From NCBI GenBank assembly GCA_022827405.1, contig JAJDTA010000175.1, positions 8,142 to 72,141 of the forward strand: a stretch of 64,000 bases of DNA, read 5' to 3'. Shown here in pieces: positions 12,269 to 21,512 of the stretch. Within the stretch, counting starts at the first letter, position 1. Each line of letters opens with the position of its first letter. Position numbers and translations under genes: made by a program. This DNA comes from Acidimicrobiia bacterium. GTDB lineage: Bacteria > Actinomycetota > Acidimicrobiia > Acidimicrobiales > Bin134. Below the pieces are notes generated by a model. The model did no database searches. It was not told the origin of the DNA and worked only from the letters and a program-made list of their open reading frames with translations.

Positions 12269-14314
12269 ATGAACCCCAAACGGTGGCTCGGTCTCGTGCT
12301 CGTGCTCGTTTTCGCCTTCACGTTCGCCTGTTCGGACGATGATCCTGCCCCCACCGCGTCGACGCCCGAAGCGACCGTCGCGCCGGACACAGACTCCGTA
12401 GAGCCAGACGCCGCCGAGCCAACGGCTGAGCCGCCCGAGCCGACCCCTGTTACTAGTGCCGAGCCGACGGCTACACCGCCCGTTCCGACCGCCGAGCCTG
12501 CGCTGCCCGATGAGAGCGAGGCAATCGAGCCGGCGGGCCAGTCGGCTCTGGAGCAGCTCCGCCGTCGCGTGGCGGCTGCTGCTGCGTTCGGGGAACTTGT
12601 TCCGTCTATGGCCATCGTGGAGGAATTGCGCCGGAACGCCGAGGGATTCTCCTATGAGATCGGCGATCACGGCGGCGCGCTCACGGTGGCGACGATCTCC
12701 GAGCCCCTCACGTTCAACCTCGCTCTTTCCAGGGACGCCGGATCGTCGAACGTGCTCGGATACCTGTTCGAGGGCCTCACCGAGACCTCGTGGCTGAACG
12801 ACGAGATCGAGCCGCTGCTGGCCCAGTCGTGGGAGCGCTCCGACGACGGGCTTCGCTGGGTGTTCCATCTGCGCGACGACGTGCAGTGGCACGACGGCAC
12901 CCCGTTCACCGCCCACGACGTGGAGTTCACGTTCAACCGCGTCATCTACAACGACGATTTCCAAGCGGCGAGCCGGGCTTCCTTCGAGTTCCGATTCCTG
13001 GATTCTGAGACCGGCCAGTGGGAGCAGTCGCAGATGACGGTGACGGCGCTCGACGACCACACCGTGGAATTCGTCCTCCCGCAGCCGTTCGCGCCGTTCC
13101 TGCGTTCAATGGGCACCGCCATCTACCCCAAGCACATTGTCGAGGGGCCTATCGAGGCGGGCGCCTTCGAGGAGTTTTGGGACATCGACACTGATCCTGC
13201 CGAGATAATCGGCACCGGCCCGTTCACCATCGGGGAGTACACCCCCGGCGAGCGTGTCGTCTTCGAGCGGAACCCCGACTACTGGCTGGTTGACGATGCG
13301 GGAGGGCGCCTGCCGTATCTCGACCGGGTGGTGCAGTTGATCGTGGAAGAGCTCGAAGACGAACTGGAATTGTTCCGCGACGGAACCACCGATTTCCACG
13401 GCGTATTGGGCGAGGAGTTCGCGGTGCTCGATCCGGTGGCCGATGTGGAGAACTTCACCCTGCATCGCCGAGGTCCCGGGTTCGGCACCAATTTCTTGGC
13501 GTTCAATCAGAACCCCGGGTCGAACGACGCGGGCGAGCCGTATGTCGATCCGGTGCAACTGCATTGGTTCCAGAACACGGCATTCCGACAGGCCGTTGCC
13601 CACACCATGGACAAAGCAGCCATGATCGACGGGGTCCAGCACGGTCTGGGCTATCCGCAGTGGTCTTCGGTTAGCCCGGCCGCAGGCGATTTTCACAATC
13701 CGTTGGTGCATCAGTACGCCTACGACCTCGACCGGGCCAACGAGATCCTCGACGAAATGGGCTGGCTGGACGCCGACGGCGACGGCATCCGCGAGGACGA
13801 TATGGGCAACCCCATCTCGTTCACGATGGTCACCAATGAGGGGAACAGCGTTCGCTCCGAGATCACCGGCATCATTCATGAGGGGATGACGGCCATCGGC
13901 CTCGACGTTGATTTCCGCATCGTGGACTTCGGCGACATGGTGGCCCAGCTCACGGCCACCTACGACTGGGAGGCCATGGTGGTGGGACTGACCGGCAGCC
14001 CCGACCCCTTCGGCGGAATGACCGTGTGGCACAGCGGCGAAGGCCTGCACCTCTGGCATCCGAATCAGCCTGAGCCCGCCACGGAGTGGGAGGCGGAGAT
14101 CGACGAGCTGTACATCGCCGGCAGCAAAGAGCTCGACCACGAGCAGCGGGTACAGCACTACTGGGATGCGCAGGCGATCGTCGCCGAGAACGTGCCGCTC
14201 ATCTACACCACGCAGGGCGAGCGGTTGGGGGCGGTCCGCAACGTGTTCGGCAACACCACGCCGACGCTGTACGGCTACTGGGATCTGCGCTACCTGTACC
14301 GAACCGATCAGTAA
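12269..14314 (+). CDS. Family-5 (peptide/nickel) ABC substrate-binding lipoprotein
   Basis: Lipobox FTFAC, Pro/Ala/Glu linker, LRDDVQWHDGTPFTAHDVEFT and GTGPF motifs. Confidence 0.88.
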   Translation: MNPKRWLGLVLVLVFAFTFACSDDDPAPTASTPEATVAPDTDSVEPDAAEPTAEPPEPTPVTSAEPTATPPVPTAEPALPDESEAIEPAGQSALEQLRRRVAAAAAFGELVPSMAIVEELRRNAEGFSYEIGDHGGALTVATISEPLTFNLALSRDAGSSNVLGYLFEGLTETSWLNDEIEPLLAQSWERSDDGLRWVFHLRDDVQWHDGTPFTAHDVEFTFNRVIYNDDFQAASRASFEFRFLDSETGQWEQSQMTVTALDDHTVEFVLPQPFAPFLRSMGTAIYPKHIVEGPIEAGAFEEFWDIDTDPAEIIGTGPFTIGEYTPGERVVFERNPDYWLVDDAGGRLPYLDRVVQLIVEELEDELELFRDGTTDFHGVLGEEFAVLDPVADVENFTLHRRGPGFGTNFLAFNQNPGSNDAGEPYVDPVQLHWFQNTAFRQAVAHTMDKAAMIDGVQHGLGYPQWSSVSPAAGDFHNPLVHQYAYDLDRANEILDEMGWLDADGDGIREDDMGNPISFTMVTNEGNSVRSEITGIIHEGMTAIGLDVDFRIVDFGDMVAQLTATYDWEAMVVGLTGSPDPFGGMTVWHSGEGLHLWHPNQPEPATEWEAEIDELYIAGSKELDHEQRVQHYWDAQAIVAENVPLIYTTQGERLGAVRNVFGNTTPTLYGYWDLRYLYRTDQ

Positions 14315-14317
14315 GCG

Positions 14318-14407
14318 GCTAGCCGAACTCGTCCTGCCGCTTTCAGGGGCAGGGTGCTAGCCGAACTCGTCCTGCCGCTTTCAGGGGCAGGACGCTAGCC
14401 GAACTCG
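14318..14407. repeat. 38-bp tandem repeat containing the glpX stop region and a stem-loop (probable terminator between convergent genes)
   Basis: GCTAGCCGAACTCG at 14318, 14356 and 14394; CGTCCTGCC/GGCAGGACG stem. Confidence 0.85.
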
Positions 14408-15402
14408 ATGGCGGAGAAGCTGTTCAGCTTGTCCTGTTGGTGGTCGGCGGTCACCAGCCGCACGGTGCCCGACTTCGACCGCATGACCAGCGACTGAGTG
14501 CTGGCGTGGTTCTTGTAGTAGTGGACGCCCCTGAGCAGGTCGCCGTCGGTAATCCCGGTGGCGGCGAAGAAGCAGTTGTCGCCTTGAACCAAGTCGTCGG
14601 CGGTGAGCACCTGAGTCACGTCCCGACCCAGTTTCTCCGCCCCCTTGCGCTCCTTGTCGTTGCGGGGCCAAAGCCGGCCCAGTTGCTCACCGCCCATGCA
14701 CTTGAGGGCGGCCGCAGAGATGACGCCCTCGGGGGTTCCACCGATGCCGAACAGTATGTCGGCCCCCGAGTCGGGCCCGGCGGTGGAGATGGCCCCGGCC
14801 ACGTCGCCGTCGGGAATGAGCCGGATGCGGGCGCCGGCCTCGCGCACCTCGGCGATCAGCTCCGAGTGGCGGTCGCGGTCGAGGATCACCGCGGTCACAT
14901 CCCGCACCGGCTCGCTCTTGGCCTCGGCCACCAGCTCGAGGTTGCGGGTGGGGGAGTTGTCCATCGAGATGCCATAGCCCACGCATTCGGGACCGTAGGC
15001 GATCTTCTCCATGTACACGCAGGGTCCGGGGTTGAACATGGTGCCCCGGTCGGATACCGCGATCACCGACAGGGCGTTGCCCCGGCCCAGCGAGGTGAGC
15101 GTGGTGCCGTCGATGGGGTCGACCGCGATGTCGCATTCGGGAGGCGTTCCGTCGCCGATGAGCTCCCCGTTGAAGAGCATGGGGGCTTCGTCCTTCTCGC
15201 CCTCGCCGATCACCACGATCCCGTCCATCGGCACGGTCCGCAGCAGCACCCGCATGGCCTCCACCGCGGCGCCGTCGGCCCCCTCCTTGTCACCCCGACC
15301 CATCCATCGGGAGGCGGCCAGAGCGGCGACTTCGGTCACTCGGACCAACTCCATCGCCAGGTTGCGGTCGGGGGTCTCGGGCGATGCATTCACGTTGCCC
15401 AA
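14395..15402 (-). CDS. glpX: Class II fructose-1,6-bisphosphatase
   Basis: [19 protein letters not shown] and GIGGTPEG motifs. Confidence 0.96.
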   Translation of the reverse strand: MGNVNASPETPDRNLAMELVRVTEVAALAASRWMGRGDKEGADGAAVEAMRVLLRTVPMDGIVVIGEGEKDEAPMLFNGELIGDGTPPECDIAVDPIDGTTLTSLGRGNALSVIAVSDRGTMFNPGPCVYMEKIAYGPECVGYGISMDNSPTRNLELVAEAKSEPVRDVTAVILDRDRHSELIAEVREAGARIRLIPDGDVAGAISTAGPDSGADILFGIGGTPEGVISAAALKCMGGEQLGRLWPRNDKERKGAEKLGRDVTQVLTADDLVQGDNCFFAATGITDGDLLRGVHYYKNHASTQSLVMRSKSGTVRLVTADHQQDKLNSFSAIEFG

Positions 15403-15444
15403 CCGTAGTGCTGCGATGCGACCGCTGCCCCGTTATCTGAGACC

Positions 15445-16260
15445 ATGTTCGGCATGGTTTGGTGCTTTCAATGCGGTGCACCCTACGACGACGACGTGTC
15501 GGAGTGTGCGGAGTGCGGCGTGGCTACATTCCCGTCGCCACCACAGCCGGCCGAGGCGGTGGGCGGCCCCGAAGACGAGCAACTGGCCTACGAATTCCAC
15601 GAGTGGTCGTATGGCGCCCGCAATGGCCTAGAAGCCGCGCTTCGATCCGAGGATTTGGAGCACGCCTGGCTGGGCCCGACGCTGATCGTGTGCGAGGCCG
15701 ACGAGCAGGAAGTCGACAGGGCGGTGGAGAAGGTACTGCGGGCCCAACTGCCCGACCTCGACAAGAGCCTGCCCGCGGTGGTGTACGAGCTGGGGGACTA
15801 CGACGAAGCCCAAAAGGCCGATGTGTTGAGCGAACTTCTGAGTGAGGGCATCGCCCACGAAGTGGACTACGCCGGCAATTTGGTGGTGGGGGAGGCCGAC
15901 GAAGAAGTGGTGGACGCCCTGTTCGACCGGATGATCAACACCGCCGCCCAGCGCCAGTTCGGCCCAGGACTGCCCGGGGTGGAGCCCTATCAAGTGTTGG
16001 AGGCACTGTTCTTCTCCTCCGACCGGCTGCGCCGCAACACCTCCGATACCAAAGCGGTGGAGGATTTCGCCATCGCCCACGATCAAGTGGTGCAGCTCAG
16101 CCTGCCGTGGGGGTACGACGCCGAGTTCTGGCGAGCCATGCTGGAGGGTGCCGACGGGTTGCGAGAGGCCTTGGTGGCCGGACCCGATCCGACCGAAGGC
16201 GACGCCCCTGCCCAACAAGCCGCCACTGCCCTGAGGGATCTCCTGCGACGGTTCATGTGA
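15445..16260 (+). CDS. Hypothetical protein with N-terminal Zn ribbon
   Basis: CFQC...CAEC; acidic repeated domains; start may be 15454. Confidence 0.7.
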   Translation: MFGMVWCFQCGAPYDDDVSECAECGVATFPSPPQPAEAVGGPEDEQLAYEFHEWSYGARNGLEAALRSEDLEHAWLGPTLIVCEADEQEVDRAVEKVLRAQLPDLDKSLPAVVYELGDYDEAQKADVLSELLSEGIAHEVDYAGNLVVGEADEEVVDALFDRMINTAAQRQFGPGLPGVEPYQVLEALFFSSDRLRRNTSDTKAVEDFAIAHDQVVQLSLPWGYDAEFWRAMLEGADGLREALVAGPDPTEGDAPAQQAATALRDLLRRFM

Positions 16261-16829
16261 TGGGGAAGCCCACGGTGGACGGGCTGGTGCTGACCCACGG
16301 TGCAGGCGGAGACCGCGACCAGCACACGCTGGTGGCCCTTGCCGAGGGGCTGGCCCCGCTGGCGGTGGAGCGGATCAACTTTCCCTATCGCAATCAGGGG
16401 CGCCGACCCCCCGATCGGGCCCCTAAGCTGCTGGCCTTCTTGCGCGAGGAGATTCCGGCCATCGCCGCCCGGCTGGGGACCGATACTGGGCGCCTGGTGC
16501 TTGGGGGCCGGTCGATGGGCGGCAGGATGTGCTCTATGGCGGTGGCCGAAGGGATGCCCGCGGCCGGGCTGGTGCTGTTGAGCTATCCGCTGCACCCGCC
16601 GAAGAAGCCGGAGAATCTGCGGACTGCGCATTTCCCGGAGATCGACGTTCCTTGCTTGTTCATCTCGGGTGACCGCGATCCTTTCGGCAGTCCCGAGGAG
16701 TTTGATCGGCATTTGCCCGCCATCAAAGGCCCGGTGACTGTGGTGTGGCTGGAGGGCGAGCGCCACGATCCGAGGAAGGCTGATGTGGACATTATTGGTG
16801 TTGTGGCTAACTGGTTGGAGGCGCTCTAG
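16260..16829 (+). CDS. Alpha/beta hydrolase (KANL3/Tex30-like)
   Basis: HGAG, GGRSMGG, SYPLHPP and GDRDPF motifs. Confidence 0.85.
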   Translation: MGKPTVDGLVLTHGAGGDRDQHTLVALAEGLAPLAVERINFPYRNQGRRPPDRAPKLLAFLREEIPAIAARLGTDTGRLVLGGRSMGGRMCSMAVAEGMPAAGLVLLSYPLHPPKKPENLRTAHFPEIDVPCLFISGDRDPFGSPEEFDRHLPAIKGPVTVVWLEGERHDPRKADVDIIGVVANWLEAL

Positions 16830-16846
16830 AGCTTTACCACCCCCCG

Positions 16847-16937
16847 GCGTGGTGGCGGGTCCTGTCCCGGCCCAGCCCGCCGTCCTCCATGGAGTCCGGG
16901 CGGCGGGCGCCCTGAGCCGGGCCACCCCCCACCACGC
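16847..16937. other. Long imperfect GC-rich hairpin between convergent genes (candidate ncRNA, terminator or REP-like element)
   Basis: Three stacked stems: 16847-60/16924-37, 16866-75/16912-21 and 16876-85/16898-907. Confidence 0.6.
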
Positions 16938-16959
16938 TTATGTTGCGCCATCCAACGTC

Positions 16960-18471
16960 CTACTGATCTTCAGGGTTGAGCTCTTCTAGGGAGCGACGCG
17001 TTGTCTCGGGGTAGAAGAGGAGGACCAGGATGGCTACGAGGATTGGGCCGGCAACTAGCACCGAGAATGCAGTGCCGTAGCCCCAGGCGTCGGCCATAAC
17101 CCCCGCGGCTGCCAGTCCAGCCGCACTGCCAGCTACGCCGGCTATGCCGAGGAGTCCGTTGGACTCCGACCGGCGGATGGTTCCGAACATCTCGGCCCGG
17201 TACACCCCCAACGTCGGCACCGTGGTGGCAGTCATGAAGGTTCCCATTGCGATCAGAACCCACATGGGCCATCCGGCCAGGGTGAAGTGCCACAACGCGA
17301 ACAGCGCTCCGCCACTCACCCCGATAGAGGCAAGAACCCGTCGGCCCCGAAGGTCAGCCAGCTTGCCGGCTATGAGCATTGCTGGTCCCGCCGTCCAGGC
17401 GGTGAGCAGGGTGAAGATCGCAATCTTGGTGGCGCTAAAGCCCCGTTCGTCCCGCAAGAAGTCGTTTTGCAGCTGAGAGGCCGGAGAGGCAAACACCAGC
17501 ACCGCAAACGAGGTCACAGCCAAGAGGATCAGTCGGAAGCGGTACTGCTGGGGTGGTCGGGTTCGAGGCTGTCGTCGGGCGGTTTCGAACCGCTGGGATT
17601 CCGGCAATCTACGGGCCGCGAACAGAACCAGGGGCAGTCCAGCCAGCGCCACCACGAAACTGAGCCGCCACGCGGTATCCCCCAGGTCGGCCAAGGGCAC
17701 CGACCCGACGGCGATTCCCGAGCCCAACCCGGCAGCCAACCCCAGCATGGAGGCCACAAACGCCCGAGAGCCGGCGGGGGCTTCCTCGAGGGCGAACACA
17801 AAGATGAGCAGCGCCATGGCGTGGGACAGCCCCCGGGAGATTGCTTGGACCGCGGTCAACGTGGCCAGGTTGGCCACCAGCGAAGTCGCGGCTGAGGCCA
17901 AAACGGCACCGGCCGCGGCATAGAGCAGGGTGCGCCTCCGGCCCTTGCGGTCGGCCAGCGCGGCCACGGCCACCGTGATCAGGATGCTGAGCCTGATCAG
18001 CGACAGGGCGACGCCCGCAGCTGACTTGCTCTCCCCGAATTCCTCTCTCGCAAAGGTGATGGTCTGGCCGAGCAGGGTGCCCAGGAACCCGGCGAGCACC
18101 GCCAATGTGGCCAGCAACGCCACGATCCGAGCCTGGCGGGCGGTGAAGCGGTCGGGGGGGTGCCACCAGGGAAGGTCCCGTCCTTGGCGCAGGGCGCGGC
18201 TGACGGGGACGGTGAACAGCACTCGCCAAACCGGGATGGCCAGCTGAAAGTCGAATACCTCGGTGACCTCTACCTGATCGGAGCTGATCGGCTCGACGGA
18301 GACCGTGCGGCGGTAGTGATCCACCGGCCCCTCGACTGCGGTGAAACCCCCTTCAGGCTCGGCGCGCTCCAAAACAATGTCGGAGCGGGGGGTCAGCAGG
18401 CCGCCAGGGCCATTCAGTACGACATCGGCGGCATCCGCGCTCAGAACGCGACAAGAGATCACTCGGGGCAT
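16960..18471 (-). CDS. MFS transporter with extra N-terminal soluble domain
   Basis: LADRKGRR and LADLRGRR motif A copies; about 100-aa soluble N-terminus. Confidence 0.85.
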   Translation of the reverse strand: MPRVISCRVLSADAADVVLNGPGGLLTPRSDIVLERAEPEGGFTAVEGPVDHYRRTVSVEPISSDQVEVTEVFDFQLAIPVWRVLFTVPVSRALRQGRDLPWWHPPDRFTARQARIVALLATLAVLAGFLGTLLGQTITFAREEFGESKSAAGVALSLIRLSILITVAVAALADRKGRRRTLLYAAAGAVLASAATSLVANLATLTAVQAISRGLSHAMALLIFVFALEEAPAGSRAFVASMLGLAAGLGSGIAVGSVPLADLGDTAWRLSFVVALAGLPLVLFAARRLPESQRFETARRQPRTRPPQQYRFRLILLAVTSFAVLVFASPASQLQNDFLRDERGFSATKIAIFTLLTAWTAGPAMLIAGKLADLRGRRVLASIGVSGGALFALWHFTLAGWPMWVLIAMGTFMTATTVPTLGVYRAEMFGTIRRSESNGLLGIAGVAGSAAGLAAAGVMADAWGYGTAFSVLVAGPILVAILVLLFYPETTRRSLEELNPEDQ

Positions 18472-18568
18472 GGGGCTTGAGGCAGTCTACTTTTCGGCCG
18501 CAAACGCCCTGTGACCGCATCGCTAGTTTTGACTTCGCTGATGGGAGCGCGGGCACCATACTTATCGA

Positions 18569-19861
18569 GTGGAACGCGTCCACCAGGAGGACTTCGATCA
18601 GCAGGACCGGATCGAGGTTCGCGCCCGCGGTCCGCTGGAGGGATCGGTGACCATCGGCGGGGCCAAGAACTCGGTGCTGAAGCTCATGGCCGCCTGTCTG
18701 CTCGCCGAGGGCACGTACGTGATCCGCAATGTGCCCGACATCGACGATGTGACGGTGATGGCCGATGTGCTGCGGGCCATGGGGGTCACGGTTTCCCGTT
18801 TGGGCGATGCCCTCACCATCGAGCGCCCCGCGGCCATCAACCCCGAGGCGCCCTATTCGCTGACCGAGCAGCTGCGAGCCTCCACCGCGGTTCTGGGACC
18901 ACTGTTGGCCGGCATCGGACATGCCCGGGTGGCCCTGCCCGGGGGCGACGACTTCGGCCCCCGGCCCATCGACATGCACATCGCCGCGCTGGAGGCCATC
19001 GGTTGTCGGTTCAAGATCTCCGGGGGCGATGTACACGCCACCGCCGACAATCTGGTGGGCAGCCCGGTTCTACTGGAGTTCCCCAGCGTGGGTGCCACCG
19101 AGAACGTGATGATGGCTGCTGTCCGGGCCAAGGGCACGACGGTGATTGACAATGCCGCCCGGGAGCCAGAGATCGCTGACCTGGCCGGATTCCTGAACCG
19201 CATGGGGGGCCAGGTGACTGGGGCGGGCACGTCCACCATCATGGTGGAAGGTGTGGACGAATTGCACCCGGCCGAGCACACCGCGATGAGCGATCGGATC
19301 GAGGCGGCCACGTTTTTGGCCGCACTTGGAGTGGCCGGCGGGGAGATCATCTTGCGGGGCGCCCAGCCCGACCACATGGCCATGCCGTGCCGCAAGCTGG
19401 GCGAGATGGGGGTGCGGACCTCGTCGGACTCCGAGGGGATCTGGGCCATGAGTAGCGGGCGCTTGCGGTCGGCCGATGTGTCCACCCTGCCGTATCCCGG
19501 CCTGCCCACCGACTGCAAACCGCTGCTGGTGGCCATGATGTCGGTGGCCGAGGGAGTGGGAATTGTGACCGAGAATCTCTTCTCGGGCCGGTTCCGCTAC
19601 GTGGACGAACTATTGCGCATGGGCGCCGATATCCGCACCGAGGGCCACCATGCCGTGATCCGGGGAGTGGACCGGCTCAGCGGTGCTCCGGTGCGGGCGT
19701 CCGACATCCGGGCGGGTGCAGCCCTCGTGGTGGCCGGGTTGGCCGCCGAGGGCGAGACCGTGGTGTGCGATCCCCACCACATCGACCGGGGCTACGAGGA
19801 CTTTGTGGGCAAGCTCAGCGCGCTGGGGGCCGACGTTTGCCGCGAGAGGCCCGGCGGTTAG
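18569..19861 (+). CDS. murA: UDP-N-acetylglucosamine 1-carboxyvinyltransferase (Asp variant)
   Basis: GAKNS, LPGGDDFGPRPIDMH, SVGATEN and NAAREPE motifs. Confidence 0.96.
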   Translation: MERVHQEDFDQQDRIEVRARGPLEGSVTIGGAKNSVLKLMAACLLAEGTYVIRNVPDIDDVTVMADVLRAMGVTVSRLGDALTIERPAAINPEAPYSLTEQLRASTAVLGPLLAGIGHARVALPGGDDFGPRPIDMHIAALEAIGCRFKISGGDVHATADNLVGSPVLLEFPSVGATENVMMAAVRAKGTTVIDNAAREPEIADLAGFLNRMGGQVTGAGTSTIMVEGVDELHPAEHTAMSDRIEAATFLAALGVAGGEIILRGAQPDHMAMPCRKLGEMGVRTSSDSEGIWAMSSGRLRSADVSTLPYPGLPTDCKPLLVAMMSVAEGVGIVTENLFSGRFRYVDELLRMGADIRTEGHHAVIRGVDRLSGAPVRASDIRAGAALVVAGLAAEGETVVCDPHHIDRGYEDFVGKLSALGADVCRERPGG

Positions 19862-19949
19862 CCAGATACAGCAGGCCGGCCAGCAGGGCCAGCGGCGCGG
19901 CCACCAACAGGATCTCGTCCCAACCTCCCTGGTGGGCCAGCACTTCCAC
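19815..19949 (-). CDS. Small single-TM protein (44 aa)
   Basis: VLAHQGGWDE plus hydrophobic helix plus basic tail; overlaps the murA 3' end. Confidence 0.55.
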   Translation of the reverse strand: MEVLAHQGGWDEILLVAAPLALLAGLLYLANRRASRGKRRPPAR

Positions 19950-20039
19950 GGTGCCGAGTCTGTCAGATGTCTCCTTGATTGATTGAACGAGATCGGCGAG
20001 GAGGTTGGCGAATTGGGTTTCGGCTGAGACAATTGGGGC

Positions 20040-20303
20040 GTGGAGAACGCCGTAGCCCAGGTGATTGAGGCCATCCGCCCGGCGGTGCAGGCCGACGACG
20101 GCGACATCTTCTTGCGCGGGGTGGACGAGGACACCGGCGTGGTCACCGTGGAACTGACCGGGGCCTGCGTGAGCTGTCCGGCCTCGACGGTCACGCTGAA
20201 GGCCGGGGTGGAGCGGATTCTCAAGGATCGGGTACCCGGGGTCACCGAGGTGGTGAACGTGGGCCAGAACCTGCTGAGCGACGGCTCCCCGGTGGGTCTG
20301 TAA
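20040..20303 (+). CDS. NifU/NfuA-type Fe-S scaffold domain protein
   Basis: IRPAVQADDGD and GACVSCP (CxxC). Confidence 0.9.
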   Translation: MENAVAQVIEAIRPAVQADDGDIFLRGVDEDTGVVTVELTGACVSCPASTVTLKAGVERILKDRVPGVTEVVNVGQNLLSDGSPVGL

Positions 20304-20326
20304 CCGCGAGCGGCCTTCGCCCAAGC

Positions 20327-21013
20327 ATGGTCCCGCAACGAACCGACACCTGGTACGTCAGCTATGTGCTGATCGCCGCCAACGTGGCGGTGTTCATCGT
20401 CGGCATGGCGATGGGTGACAGCCTGGGCGGCGGGGGCACACTCGACGGCCTAGTAGTCGAAGCCGCCACCTGGGGGGCGGCCATTGACGTCTACAACGAG
20501 TGGTGGCGGGTGTTCACCGGCGGTTTCTTGCACCACGGTGTGTTTCATCTCGCGGTGAACATGTACTCGTTGTACATCCTGGGATTGGCCCTGGAACGGT
20601 GGCTGGGCCGAGTGCCGTTCACCGCGGTGTACCTCTCTTCGCTGGTGAGCGGGTCATTCGGGGCGCTGATCGAGACCCCCAACTCGCTGGTGGCGGGAGC
20701 GTCGGGGGCGATCTTTGGGCTGATGGGGGCCTATGCCGCTCTCTTGCTGACCCAAGGGGTGGGCTTATTCCAGACCCCGATTGGACCGATCCTGGCCATC
20801 AACCTCGTTATCAGCTTCACCGTTTCGGGAATTTCGCTGGGTGGCCACATCGGGGGGCTCGTCGGCGGTGTCCTCGTGGGGGCAGCTGCGGCTCAAGCAA
20901 TACGCAAACAGAAGTACACCACTGCGACCCCGGTGCTCGCAGCCATAGCGGTGGCCGCGGCCTCTTTCGCCGGCTCATTGTGGGCCGCCTCCCGCTGGTT
21001 GGAGGTGCTCTAG
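20327..21013 (+). CDS. Rhomboid intramembrane serine protease
   Basis: WWR, HLAVNM, GASG and GHIGG motifs. Confidence 0.92.
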   Translation: MVPQRTDTWYVSYVLIAANVAVFIVGMAMGDSLGGGGTLDGLVVEAATWGAAIDVYNEWWRVFTGGFLHHGVFHLAVNMYSLYILGLALERWLGRVPFTAVYLSSLVSGSFGALIETPNSLVAGASGAIFGLMGAYAALLLTQGVGLFQTPIGPILAINLVISFTVSGISLGGHIGGLVGGVLVGAAAAQAIRKQKYTTATPVLAAIAVAAASFAGSLWAASRWLEVL

Positions 21014-21018
21014 GCGGC

Positions 21019-21450
21019 CTAGAACTGGGCCCGCAGGGTCTTCAGGTTGCGGCGCCACACCCATTCGAGCACCCGGGACCCTACGATGTCGCCCAGCAGG
21101 CCCCCCATCCACCAGGGGAATTGGAGCTCCTCGGTCCAGCAGAATTCGGTGCGGTCGGTTCCCGCTGGCGAAAGGCTGAAGCGGCCCTCGCCGGTGACTA
21201 GTCCAGTGTGGCGTACTCCAATGGCCTCCTGTTCGGCCCATTCGGTGATCACCATGGCATCGTTGAGCCGCAGGGGGCCGATCTTGGTGAGGCAATCGAA
21301 GGCGGTGCCCACGCCCTCGGTCTGGGTTCCCTGGAACGAGATCGACTCGGCGTCGGCCATCCACTCGGTATGGCTGTCGATTCGGCGAACGTACTCCCAC
21401 ACGGCGTCGAGAGGCGCTTCGATGGTGGTGGAAACCCTGATCCTGGCCAC
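21019..21450 (-). CDS. SRPBCC/polyketide-cyclase-family protein
   Basis: TIEAPLDAVWEY N-terminus; 143 aa. Confidence 0.8.
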   Translation of the reverse strand: MARIRVSTTIEAPLDAVWEYVRRIDSHTEWMADAESISFQGTQTEGVGTAFDCLTKIGPLRLNDAMVITEWAEQEAIGVRHTGLVTGEGRFSLSPAGTDRTEFCWTEELQFPWWMGGLLGDIVGSRVLEWVWRRNLKTLRAQF

Positions 21451-21512
21451 AACCTAAGTCTAAGAGCGGTCCACGGGGAGAACCTCAGCCGATAGGCCGT
21501 AGAATTGACGCC

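Noticed and set aside
14318-14407. Mini-CRISPR array
   Set aside because: The intervening sequences are near-identical rather than unique spacers, the repeat is the glpX 3' end, and no cas genes are present
16847-16937. SRP RNA, tRNA or canonical 6C RNA
   Set aside because: No GGAA tetraloop/AGCAG motif, no cloverleaf, and the C6 runs are not in two adjacent hairpin loops
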